IMG/VR virus record: IMGVR_UViG_3300045988_104440
Span: 1 to 25,494 of that record
Source: a virus
Lineage: Duplodnaviria; Heunggongvirae; Uroviricota; Caudoviricetes
DNA: 25,494 nt
Reading direction: 5' to 3' (one strand)
Positions 1 through 8,396 of the stretch are shown piece after piece. The translations under genes were made by a program, and so were the position numbers. Numbering within the stretch: position 1 is the first letter of the stretch; each line of letters begins with the position of its first letter. The notes below the pieces were generated by a model. The model saw only the letters and a program-made list of their open reading frames with translations, was not told where the DNA came from and ran no database searches.

Positions 1-27
1 ACCAGGAACCACCTCCTTAGCCTGTGT

Positions 28-54
28 AATCTCCCTTACACGGGCTTATTTTTT
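28..54. other. att: P2-type phage attachment site core (27 bp); attP or a prophage att junction
   Basis: Reverse complement of 28..54 reads AAAAAATAAGCCCGTGTAAGGGAGATT, which matches the P2 att core as I remember it. It lies about 100 bp beyond the ogr stop, as in P2. Recalled from memory, not searched. Confidence 0.6.
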
Positions 55-117
55 ACGCGTAATTCAATGAAATAAAAGGATTTATTTCTGGTCACGTCCA
101 CACATTGACCACATCGA

Positions 118-151
118 CAAAAAAGCCCCTCGACTGAGGGGCTTTCTGTTT
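118..151. terminator. Rho-independent terminator, bidirectional, downstream of ogr
   Basis: GC-rich hairpin GCCCCTC-gact-GAGGGGC (125..142) flanked by an A-tract (118..124, a U-tract on the minus strand) and a T-rich run (143..151). The ogr stop is at 156..158. Confidence 0.6.
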
Positions 152-155
152 GTAA

Positions 156-374
156 TTACATCCACATAATTTGCTGCCCTGACGGTAACGGGTGCGGCCT
201 TACGGCGTGGACTTCTCCCGGCTTTACGATGTATCGCTGTACCGACTCATAAGTGATGAACGTGGCGCTGCAATTCACGTTCTGGCACTGGTGATAACGC
301 TCTTTTGTCGTGTCAGTGATATAGCGACTTGTACGCGCATGTGCGGCATGCTGGCATAAAGGACAATGAAACAT
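156..374 (-). CDS. ogr: Late transcription activator Ogr, zinc-finger protein (72 aa)
   Basis: The 93-aa ORF contains an internal Met that gives a 72-aa protein starting MFHCPLCQHAAHARTSRY with a C-x2-C...C-x4-C cysteine signature. A GGAAGAGG Shine-Dalgarno-like sequence lies upstream of that Met. Position next to D and att matches P2. Confidence 0.8.
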   Translation of the reverse strand: MFHCPLCQHAAHARTSRYITDTTKERYHQCQNVNCSATFITYESVQRYIVKPGEVHAVRPHPLPSGQQIMWM

Positions 375-455
375 CGCGAGCACCTCTTCCGGTTTTGTTG
401 ATGGTGCCATTTTAGTTAATTTACCCTTATAAAACAAACAGATAAATAAACCGCA
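375..455 (-). promoter_or_regulatory. Candidate ogr promoter region
   Basis: AT-rich interval between the D stop and the ogr start on the minus strand; P2 ogr has its own promoter. No confident -35/-10 assignment. Confidence 0.3.
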
Positions 456-1619
456 TCACTCATCATCTTCTGTTTCGTACTCCACATCAGAAAGCCTTAC
501 CTCAAGCTCCAAGGACGTCGTGAAGCCGCTATTATTGAGACAATGTGTCACCTTAGTGATGGTCCAGTCCTGCTCGTCTATGACGCGCTTAAAGCCTGAC
601 ACTTTAACCGGTGTTTCCGTGTAAATATCTGCCCGACCAGTAGCCAGGCTGATGGAGAACTCCGCAACACCCCGTTGCAGTTTATCCCACTTCGCCTGAG
701 CGGCGCGCATGGCCTGTGCTTTCGTGGCATATACCGTGGTCAGGGCAAAAACGTTGTCAGCCTCACCGGCCATGTATTCACCTTCGCGCGCTTCCGGTAC
801 TTTTGGCTCTTTCTTCTGCGTGACCGGTTTCGCTTTCGGGTGCTCCAGTGCGCGCAGGTGTTTCTCTTTCTTTTTGCGTTTCAGTTTTACCTTCTGCTTT
901 TGCGGCTTCGGGTCTTTGGTGTGTAACCACTTTGCCGTAACGCCGGTATAGGCTCCACGGTCAGCAATCGCAAAATGATGACGGTCGCCGTCGCTGCGGG
1001 TGATGGTGACCTGCGGGATTTTTTTACCGCTGGCCGTCACCCCCTGCCCCGCTTTGAGAAACAACAGTTTTCCCATTTTTACCGACACCTCACCGCCGTT
1101 GCGTTCAGCAAGGCGGGTCAGGAATTTCGCATCAGACTCCTGCGACTGGTCGATGTGCGGGATTTTAATTCCGGCCAGTGACGGAGCGACACTGGCCTCC
1201 AGCTTGTTACGGGAGGCTATCGCCTCAACAATCGCACCGAGTGTGGTGTCATGCCAGGAGCCTTCCCGGCGGGAATTGAGCGTCCCGCGAAAATCTGCAC
1301 TCCGGGCGCGGATGGTGACCACATCCGGTGCGCCCCGGTGTTCAACCTCATCAACGGTAAATTTCCCTTTGCATACCAGGGCAAAACCTTTCCAGCCGAT
1401 ATACACCGTCAGGACAGCGCCACGAATCGGTAGTCCGACCTGCCCGTCGGCATCGTTCAGTTCAATATCAAGCTGGTCAGCCTCAAAGCCCCGGTTATCC
1501 GTCAGGGTCATGCTCATCAGACGGTCGCTGATATTGCCGGTAATATCCCTGCTGTCGAGCATCAGCATATAATCCGGCGTCAGCGTACTGCCTGCATCAA
1601 ATGTCAGCGCATCCAGCAT
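456..1619 (-). CDS. D: Tail protein D (387 aa)
   Basis: Complete ORF, last gene of the tail operon before ogr; length equals P2 gpD. Its lysine-rich central segment (KQKVKLKRKKKEKH) is a distinctive low-complexity feature. Confidence 0.8.
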   Translation of the reverse strand: MLDALTFDAGSTLTPDYMLMLDSRDITGNISDRLMSMTLTDNRGFEADQLDIELNDADGQVGLPIRGAVLTVYIGWKGFALVCKGKFTVDEVEHRGAPDVVTIRARSADFRGTLNSRREGSWHDTTLGAIVEAIASRNKLEASVAPSLAGIKIPHIDQSQESDAKFLTRLAERNGGEVSVKMGKLLFLKAGQGVTASGKKIPQVTITRSDGDRHHFAIADRGAYTGVTAKWLHTKDPKPQKQKVKLKRKKKEKHLRALEHPKAKPVTQKKEPKVPEAREGEYMAGEADNVFALTTVYATKAQAMRAAQAKWDKLQRGVAEFSISLATGRADIYTETPVKVSGFKRVIDEQDWTITKVTHCLNNSGFTTSLELEVRLSDVEYETEDDE

Positions 1620-2098
1620 TATCCCACCCCCGTCATACCCGTGAATTTAGTCGCCATACTGCCAGCCTTACCGATGAGCGACTCCGCCTGTTTACCGATA
1701 TCGCCATAAAGCGCGGCCAGTGATTCATCAACGCGGGTGAGCGACAGCGTAAAATCAATTTTCCGGGGTGTGCCGTCTGCAAAGAAAATACTCCCTGTTT
1801 CACTCACCCTGCTGATGACATACATGCCGTAAATCATGCCGGTGCCATCCAGCAATGGCCACGCCCGACCTTCCTCTGCCATCAGCCTGAGCGTGGTCAT
1901 CGTCAGCTTGCCGCCGGTCAGTTCGGGATAAAGCACACCGGCCAGCGTGATGTTTTCCTCACCCACACCGAGAAATTGAAAGGCATCCCGTTTGCCGATA
2001 CGGGAATTTGACGGCCAGCGATAATCTGATTCACGCTGCATGGTCTGGTGTGGCAGCGTCTGGCGCATAAAAACAAACATACCTAACGCGAGCATCAT
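1619..2098 (-). CDS. U: Tail protein U (159 aa)
   Basis: ORF between T and D with a 1-nt overlap onto D; length equals P2 gpU. Confidence 0.8.
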   Translation of the reverse strand: MMLALGMFVFMRQTLPHQTMQRESDYRWPSNSRIGKRDAFQFLGVGEENITLAGVLYPELTGGKLTMTTLRLMAEEGRAWPLLDGTGMIYGMYVISRVSETGSIFFADGTPRKIDFTLSLTRVDESLAALYGDIGKQAESLIGKAGSMATKFTGMTGVG

Positions 2099-2112
2099 TT
2101 TTCGTCACCTCC

Positions 2113-4560
2113 TTAACCGTCATGCATCATGCTGGCACGGGCGCGCGCACGTTTATCCCGCTCGTATTTTTCGAGCGCATCCTGTAACTGGCGGTCAAGC
2201 GGTGTCCCCGGCGCAGTACCGCCCGTCAGGCTGATGTGATATTCGTTTTTACTCTGGTCCACATAAGAGCGGCCAGCCGGTGCCGTGACCGGCTGATAAG
2301 CCTGATAACCTGCATAAGAGCTGGTCGCCGGAATATAACCACCGCTGCCATACGTGGCGGCTTGAGTTCTGGCGGCGGTCTGGTCAAGTGTGCCTGACTC
2401 TTTGTTGATGACGCCGAGTTTTTCCAGTACCCAGTCAATACCGCCGCGCAGTTTGTTGAACGCATTAAGCGGCAGCATCAGCGCGTCAGCCAGTGCCTGT
2501 CCGAACATGACGCCCGTGTCACGGCAACGGTTCAGGGTGTCCTGGGTGGCTTTGACCGGGGCAATCAGGTTTTTAAACCACTGCCACGCGGCCTGTAACT
2601 TTTCACCCAGCCAGTCAAACACCGGCTTAAGTGGCGTGAACAGTTCCCCCACTGGCGCAAATGCTGCTTTCAGCCCTTCAACCACACCGCCAAAGAATGC
2701 GCTGACAGGCTCCCAGTATTTACGGATAAGCAACGCCCCGGCGACAATGGCGGCCAGCACAGCCACAACCGGCCAGCTAATCGCCCCGATGGCCGTCATA
2801 ACAGCACTGCCAACCGTCGTGAAGATTGCCCCCATTGCGCCTGCTGCCGCGATGATGGCATTAATGCCGGTGATAACCGGCCAGGCTACAAGACCAATTG
2901 CACCGATGATGCCAATAAGCGCCAGTGCGCCACCGACAATAAGGCCGATGGTTGACGCCAGTGATTTGTTTTTCTGGATCCAGCCGTCGAGTTTTAACAC
3001 ATACTTTGTGGCCGTCTGCGTGAGATTACGCAGTGCGCCTTCCTGCTGGTCAAACAGGTCAGTCCCCACCGCCTCATAAGCAGACTGAAACTCCTTAAAG
3101 TCACCGCCTAGGTTGTCCTGCATGATATTTACCAGCTCGGCGGTCTTCCCGTCTGAGGCTTTAAACGCAGCGGTCAGTTTGTCCAGCTTTCCGGTTGAGG
3201 CGGCAGTCATCAGCACGGCGGCGGCTGAGCTGGCCTCCTCCCCGAAAATAGTTTTCATGTATTCAGCCTGCTGGGCAGTACCGAGCCGGTTTTTCTCAAA
3301 ACTGGCCTGCATTTCTTTCAGAATGGTAAATATTGGCCGGGTGTTTCCCTTGCTGTCTGAGGTTTTCACTCCAAGCTCTTTGAGTGCATCCCATGCTTTT
3401 CCCGTCGGTGCCTGCAGGCGGCTTAACACGGCACGGCTTCCCGTCCCCGCCATTGAGCCTGTGATTTTTGCATCATGCAGCGCCCCGACCATTGCGGCGG
3501 TTTCTTCAATGCTGACACCGGCATTTTTTGCCACAGGTGCGGCATAGGTCAGCGCATCGCTCATGCCGTCAAAATCGGCGGCGGTTTTGTTCATCGTCAT
3601 GGAGAGAACATCCCCGATATGAGCGACCTTATCGTTTGAAAGCTGAAAGGCGGATTTCATCCCCATCAGCAGGGCGGCGTTTTCTTCCATCGTGCGGCGG
3701 TTCGCCAGCGCCATATTCAGCGTGACCGGCGTTGCCGCCTGAATGGCATCAACATCCCCACCCGCTTTCGCGATGATTATCTGTGCACCGGCCGCATCAT
3801 CCGCCGAGGCGGCGGTATTGTCGCCGAGCTGGCGCGCCTGTTTGCGTAGTGCGGTCATTTCGGCGGAGTCTTTTGCCACTCCGAGCACGGCCTGCAATTC
3901 TGAGTTTTTCTGCGCAAACTCATAACCGGGCATCAGCAACTTAACTCCGGCCATCGTTCCCGCCGCCGCAATCCCCACACCGGCAGCGCCTACTGAGGCC
4001 ATATTTCCGGCCAGTTCCTTTCCGGCCTGATAACGCTGTTTGACTGCGTTAAGTTTTGCCTGTTGCGCACTGACACGCGCCAGCGCGTCGCGCTGACGGT
4101 TAAGCTGTGCGGTGGTTTCACTGATACGGTTTTTCAGTCCCTGCTCATCATGTGCAAGATTGCGGGTATTAATTCCCACAGCGGCCAGTTCCCGCTGCTG
4201 GCGTTTAACGGAATCCGTCAGGCGGTTATATTTCGCCTGTAAGTCCTCCGCCGCTCGCTTTGCGGATTCCAGCACTTTCGCCTGAGCACGGGTCGGACGT
4301 TCGGTGTTTTTAAACTGTGTGGCAAGGGCTTCGGCTTCCTGCCGTGCCTTTTCAAGTGCATGACCAGTCACGGCGAGCTGCGCACTGGTCTTGCGAAATC
4401 CCTCAATACGGGATGCGTGACCGTTCAGCTCGCGCAGTGATTTTTGTGTTTCCCGGATATCCCCCGACAGCGACTTGCTCGCTGTGCGGATGGATTTAAA
4501 CGGGCGGGATGCCTGGTCAACAGCCCTGAGCAATACCTGTAATTTTACATTGTTACTCAT
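2113..4560 (-). CDS. T: Tail tape measure protein T (815 aa)
   Basis: Long ORF with an alanine/glycine-rich hydrophobic central segment and coiled-coil-like N-terminal part, directly downstream of E/E'. Length equals P2 gpT. Confidence 0.85.
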   Translation of the reverse strand: MSNNVKLQVLLRAVDQASRPFKSIRTASKSLSGDIRETQKSLRELNGHASRIEGFRKTSAQLAVTGHALEKARQEAEALATQFKNTERPTRAQAKVLESAKRAAEDLQAKYNRLTDSVKRQQRELAAVGINTRNLAHDEQGLKNRISETTAQLNRQRDALARVSAQQAKLNAVKQRYQAGKELAGNMASVGAAGVGIAAAGTMAGVKLLMPGYEFAQKNSELQAVLGVAKDSAEMTALRKQARQLGDNTAASADDAAGAQIIIAKAGGDVDAIQAATPVTLNMALANRRTMEENAALLMGMKSAFQLSNDKVAHIGDVLSMTMNKTAADFDGMSDALTYAAPVAKNAGVSIEETAAMVGALHDAKITGSMAGTGSRAVLSRLQAPTGKAWDALKELGVKTSDSKGNTRPIFTILKEMQASFEKNRLGTAQQAEYMKTIFGEEASSAAAVLMTAASTGKLDKLTAAFKASDGKTAELVNIMQDNLGGDFKEFQSAYEAVGTDLFDQQEGALRNLTQTATKYVLKLDGWIQKNKSLASTIGLIVGGALALIGIIGAIGLVAWPVITGINAIIAAAGAMGAIFTTVGSAVMTAIGAISWPVVAVLAAIVAGALLIRKYWEPVSAFFGGVVEGLKAAFAPVGELFTPLKPVFDWLGEKLQAAWQWFKNLIAPVKATQDTLNRCRDTGVMFGQALADALMLPLNAFNKLRGGIDWVLEKLGVINKESGTLDQTAARTQAATYGSGGYIPATSSYAGYQAYQPVTAPAGRSYVDQSKNEYHISLTGGTAPGTPLDRQLQDALEKYERDKRARARASMMHDG

Positions 4561-4980
4561 TCGTGTTTCCGCTTCGCCGGAGCGCCTTTTCGCGCCATGT
4601 GATGAGTTCGGTCAGGCTCATGGGATACAGTTCTGATGGCGGCCAGTGAAATATCACTGCCACATCCGCCATCAGGTCATCGACCGAGAGATTTTTCGGA
4701 AACGTCACTGCACCGAGTTCGGCGACAAAAAACCGACCACCTTACCGGCCAGCGCCACAAGGTCAGGCAGTTCCAGCGCGGCGACTTCCTGCTCGGTCAG
4801 CATCGGTGCCGTCATGCGCGGCAGCACTTTAATCAGTGCATCGACTTCGGAGTTCGCGACTGCAGCCAGACTGACACCGCGCAGCGTCCCGGCATTGGGT
4901 TTCATCAGCGTGACCTGTTCGATAACCTGCTCACCACGTTTGACCGGATTGTCCAAGGTAATGACGTTTTCTTTGTTCAT
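4553..4980 (-). CDS. E+E': E+E' fusion protein produced by a programmed -1 frameshift (about 142 aa)
   Basis: Hand translation of the -1 frame from the slippery site gives ...FFVAELGAVTFPKNLSVDDLMADVAVIFHWPPSELYPMSLTELITWREKALRRSGNTNE, stopping at TAA (4553..4555), which overlaps the T start codon (4558..4560). The total length is 143 codons. Confidence 0.65.
4705..4980 (-). CDS. E: Tail assembly chaperone E (91 aa)
   Basis: ORF between FII and T ending GFLSPNSVQ; contains the TTTTTTG slippery site near its 3' end. Confidence 0.8.
   Translation of the reverse strand: MNKENVITLDNPVKRGEQVIEQVTLMKPNAGTLRGVSLAAVANSEVDALIKVLPRMTAPMLTEQEVAALELPDLVALAGKVVGFLSPNSVQ
4726..4732 (-). other. Slippery heptamer T_TTT_TTG for the -1 frameshift in E
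   Basis: On the minus strand the E frame reads GGT TTT TTG; this is an X_XXY_YYZ heptamer at the position expected for the conserved tail-chaperone frameshift. Confidence 0.65.
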
Positions 4981-5036
4981 GGTTTTCTCACTTCTGAATC
5001 GGGGTTAACCGGTCAGCCAGGCTGACCGGATGAAAA

Positions 5037-5555
5037 TCACAGGCCGATATTGCGGCGGTGTTGCTCCAGCCGGTCGACGCCGTTCACCTTCTCAATCATG
5101 TTGATGGTGTCGATTTCGACCAGCTCCTTACCGTCCATCGTCAGCCGGAAATAGGTGCAGACCACGGAGATTTTCGACTCGGTGTCTTCTCCCTGTTTGC
5201 CCTCGCCGGTGTCGATTTCTTTCTGACGTCCACGCATGACCACCTCGACGGCCACCGTTTCGCCGGTATCGTCGCGCTGGTAAGAGCCTGCAAAACGAAT
5301 CGGTACGGCATCCACACCGGTTGCGGCGTAAAGCTCCCAGATAACCGAATCCGGGAAACCACCGAGCGACCACTCCATTGACAGCGCATCGTCATCAAGG
5401 CCGAGGTCTACCGGTGCGCTGCCGTTCATCCCCGCACCGCGATAGTTTTCGAGCTTACGGGTCAGTTTTGGCAGCGTGACGGACTTTGCAACGCCCTGAT
5501 AGCTGTAGCCGTTCAGAAAGACGTTCATTAACTTGAGTTTGCGCGGCATTGCCAT
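5037..5555 (-). CDS. FII: Tail tube protein FII (172 aa)
   Basis: ORF immediately downstream of the sheath gene; length and position equal P2 gpFII. Confidence 0.85.
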   Translation of the reverse strand: MAMPRKLKLMNVFLNGYSYQGVAKSVTLPKLTRKLENYRGAGMNGSAPVDLGLDDDALSMEWSLGGFPDSVIWELYAATGVDAVPIRFAGSYQRDDTGETVAVEVVMRGRQKEIDTGEGKQGEDTESKISVVCTYFRLTMDGKELVEIDTINMIEKVNGVDRLEQHRRNIGL

Positions 5556-5567
5556 CGGTCAGGCTCC

Positions 5568-6758
5568 TTAATTGCTATTAACCGAAGTGACCAGACTTGC
5601 CAGGTATCTGGAAGTAATACGCTGGCGCAGGGTCAGGTTTTCGAGAGGAGGCACCGGGGTATAGTCGTAGTCGATATACAGTTTTCCGGCCTTGAGGGTT
5701 TCCGCATCGTTGGATTCTTCGCTGAACCAGCAGGTCGCATCCACGATATAGCCGTTTGTTTTCAGCTCACGGAATTTGGCATTGATGCCGTCAACGATGT
5801 CGCGAATCAGCGTTGCGGTGATGGGCTTGTCCACCGCCCACATGTGCGCCTCAGCCATCGTATCGGCCAGCACCTGCGCGGTGCGGGTGTAGTTTTCAAA
5901 GAGGAACAGCGGGTCATCAGAGCAGGTACGGTTACCCCAGAAGCGGAAACCGTCACGGCGAATCAGCGTTGTGACACCTGACTCGTTCAACAGGTCAGCA
6001 TCGGTGCCGGACTCCTGCAAATCCCAGAATACAGATGCGCTGATGCCGGTAACACCGTTCACCCCGACATTGGACAGCGTTTTATGCCAGCCCTGCTCCT
6101 GGTCGATTTTAGCGCGCAGGCCCAGTGCACGGGCAGTGGCATACGCGGTGGCGGTGGTACTGGTGACCGTATCCCATGCGAGGAAATCCGGCCAGATGAC
6201 CATCAGCTCACGCTGGCTGAAATTCTGGCGGTAGGCTTTCACCTCGGAAATAGTCTTACATCCCCATGCGCTGATATACCCGAAAGCACGCAGCTTCTGA
6301 CAGACTGATGCCAGTGCAACAGCCACCTCTTTGGTATCCAGTCCCGGCACGCCGAGAATACGCGGTTTAACACCGGTTACCGACTCCGCCGCCAGCAGGG
6401 CTTTCAGTCCGGTGTACTGACCGTTTTCGTCGGTGGTGCCGATGATATTGGAAACGGTCTGCGCGAGTTTCGTTTCTTCGTCGTCGCCGGTGCCGTCTTC
6501 CACACGTACGACAACGGTGACCGGTTTTGACTGGTCGGCGATGGCCTGCAACGATGCCGCCAGCGTGCCTTTTTTACCAGCCTTTGCAATTGCGCTCTGC
6601 ACATTGGTAATCAGCACCGGTTTATTGAGGGGGAAGGTTTCCGCATCTGCATCGCTGGCCGTGCAGACCATGCCGACAATGGCCGTGGATACGGTGGAAA
6701 TGACGCGGGTGCCGTCGTTAATCTCCAGCACCTGCACGCCGTGATGATAGTCACTCAT
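5568..6758 (-). CDS. FI: Contractile tail sheath protein FI (396 aa)
   Basis: First gene of the FI-FII-E-T-U-D operon; length equals P2 gpFI. Confidence 0.85.
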   Translation of the reverse strand: MSDYHHGVQVLEINDGTRVISTVSTAIVGMVCTASDADAETFPLNKPVLITNVQSAIAKAGKKGTLAASLQAIADQSKPVTVVVRVEDGTGDDEETKLAQTVSNIIGTTDENGQYTGLKALLAAESVTGVKPRILGVPGLDTKEVAVALASVCQKLRAFGYISAWGCKTISEVKAYRQNFSQRELMVIWPDFLAWDTVTSTTATAYATARALGLRAKIDQEQGWHKTLSNVGVNGVTGISASVFWDLQESGTDADLLNESGVTTLIRRDGFRFWGNRTCSDDPLFLFENYTRTAQVLADTMAEAHMWAVDKPITATLIRDIVDGINAKFRELKTNGYIVDATCWFSEESNDAETLKAGKLYIDYDYTPVPPLENLTLRQRITSRYLASLVTSVNSN

Positions 6759-6881
6759 CCGTTTAACTCCGTGGTTAATGGGTGCAACTATTTTCTGTTG
6801 TGCAGAGCATGAGACGCTATTTGACCTGGCTGGTCAGGGGATGAAACAACAGATAAAGAAAATGCGGGCAATTCGCCCGCC

Positions 6882-6899
6882 TGTCCTGATTTGTACACA
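6882..6899 (-). promoter_or_regulatory. Ogr-type late promoter activator site (TGT-N12-ACA) of the FI operon
   Basis: Exact TGT-cctgatttgtac-ACA dyad 124..141 bp upstream of the FI start codon. The P2 late-promoter consensus TGT-N12-ACA is centred near -55. Confidence 0.45.
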
Positions 6900-7130
6900 C
6901 TCATTTTCCGACTGACTATTTAGATAGCCGAAACGCTATCAAATCTGACAGTCTGCTTTGAGCGAGGAGCGGAAGTTCGTAATTGTTCTCACCGTTAAGG
7001 GTCTAGTACTAACATTACCGTATGTTTATCAACGGGGACTACATCAGGCTAAATTCAGTGTGTCACAACCATTAACAAGATTTTCTGTAGCAATCGATAA
7101 CTACTTAAGTTAAAAATAGAAAACTAATCG

Positions 7131-7162
7131 TGTAGCTATAAATCGCTACAATAGACTCGGAG
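7131..7162 (+). promoter_or_regulatory. Candidate promoter/operator and ribosome-binding site for the cargo operon
   Basis: Perfect 6-bp inverted repeat TGTAGC (7131..7136) / GCTACA (7145..7150) flanking a TATAAAT -10-like element (7137..7143). GGAG (7159..7162) lies 6 nt before the ATG at 7169. Confidence 0.3.
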
Positions 7163-7168
7163 TTTGCA

Positions 7169-8395
7169 ATGTCAGATCAGCGTTTTATAAGTAAGATTCA
7201 GGATACTAGGGTTGATTGTTGGTCAGCTTTAGTTGAATTTAATGTTAAAGACTATCTTGGGCTTGCAGAAAAAGCTTACGTTAATAGAGGTGGTATACGA
7301 CATCAACGCGAAGCTCTTAAAACCACAACAGCGAAACGCATTCGCACTAGGCTCGTCGAGGACTTGAGGCGAGGCGCGGTAATCCCTCCTCTGGTCATTG
7401 GTATAGTCGCTGACAATGACGATTGGCAGACAATTGAAGGTATCTCAGAGTCCGAGCAAGTAAAGCAACTCCTTAAAAAATATTATGAAGAATTGTCGAT
7501 TATTGATGGGATGCAACGCACCACAGCTCTTAAAGAAGCATTAGCTTTAGATGAAAACGTAGCCGATCATGTGATTAGGGTAGAAGCCTGGATTGCGAAA
7601 GGCACAGAGAGTTTAATATATCGAATGCTTGTTTTAAACACTGGGCAGGTACCATGGAACCTGAAACAACAACTAGAGGTTGTTTATGCTCCACTTGTGA
7701 AAACTATTAGCCAAAAAGTCAACTTTCGTAGGCTTCTCTCTGCATCGGATAGACGATGGCAAGGAGGGGAGTTTAAAACATACTCGTTGATTGAGTCTTA
7801 TATAGCTTTTGGATTGCGTCGAACTGAGGTCGATACTCAAGAGAGTCTAGCCGATGAGTTTTCAAGGCTAGATATCGCAGAAGCGCTCACCAATAAAAAA
7901 TATGACCATTATTTTTATCGTGTCGTGCAAATGTTAGTTAATTTCGATATTGCGCTATCGATATATAATGAAGTGCAGAATATCGATATTGCAGACCCTT
8001 CTGAGGGTTCCGATAGTCTAGAGGTAGGAATAAAAGCCAGAAAATTAGTAAGAGGCCGAAATATTTTTGATACTCAAGCAGCGCGAGTTGGTTTTATCGT
8101 TGCTTGTGCAGTCAGCATCCTTGGCAGAGTTGGCATGGACAAGGAAGAAGAAGTCAGTGAAGAGAGATGTGCCTTACTAGAGGAATCTTGTGCTGCTCTT
8201 GTTAAAAGGATTACCGCCTTAAATAGAGAAAATTTAGAAGAATTTTTATCGCTAGATGTTTTAGCTGAAAAATTGTCCCGGAGACCGAGTTCAGCAGTTG
8301 GTAGATGGGAGCGGTCATTCTTTGAGGCTGCGTTCCGAGTATTAGTAGAAGAAAACTTTAATATACCCAACATGGAGCCATGCTGGCGGGCATAA
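7169..8395 (+). CDS. Hypothetical protein (408 aa), candidate ParB/DndB-like (DGQHR-type) protein; cargo gene 1
   Basis: Complete ORF with a GGAG ribosome-binding site. HQRE (aa 44-47) followed about 65 aa later by IIDGMQRTTAL (7504..7518 encodes DGMQR), resembling the QR...DGQ(Q/H)R signature of ParB/Srx-fold DndB/DUF262-like proteins. AT-rich, on the strand opposite to the late genes. Confidence 0.6.
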   Translation: MSDQRFISKIQDTRVDCWSALVEFNVKDYLGLAEKAYVNRGGIRHQREALKTTTAKRIRTRLVEDLRRGAVIPPLVIGIVADNDDWQTIEGISESEQVKQLLKKYYEELSIIDGMQRTTALKEALALDENVADHVIRVEAWIAKGTESLIYRMLVLNTGQVPWNLKQQLEVVYAPLVKTISQKVNFRRLLSASDRRWQGGEFKTYSLIESYIAFGLRRTEVDTQESLADEFSRLDIAEALTNKKYDHYFYRVVQMLVNFDIALSIYNEVQNIDIADPSEGSDSLEVGIKARKLVRGRNIFDTQAARVGFIVACAVSILGRVGMDKEEEVSEERCALLEESCAALVKRITALNRENLEEFLSLDVLAEKLSRRPSSAVGRWERSFFEAAFRVLVEENFNIPNMEPCWRA

Positions 8396-8396
8396 T

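Noticed and set aside
10-20. CACCTCCTTA-like motif resembling the 3' end of 16S rRNA
   Set aside because: Only about 10 nt, with no rRNA context in the remaining flank. Too short to call an rRNA gene fragment.
156-437. Full 93-aa reading of the ogr ORF, and long N-terminal readings of X, L, O and P
   Set aside because: Internal start codons give products matching the expected P2 protein lengths (72, 67, 169, 284 and 590 aa). For P an SD-like sequence precedes the internal Met. The upstream extensions overlap neighbouring genes or terminators.
675-3547. Plus-strand ORFs antisense to D, U and T (for example 675..926, 1000..1572, 2390..3079, 3113..3547)
   Set aside because: They lie wholly inside longer minus-strand genes whose order and lengths match the P2 tail operon, and they have no ribosome-binding sites. 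Open antisense frames are expected in GC-rich coding DNA.
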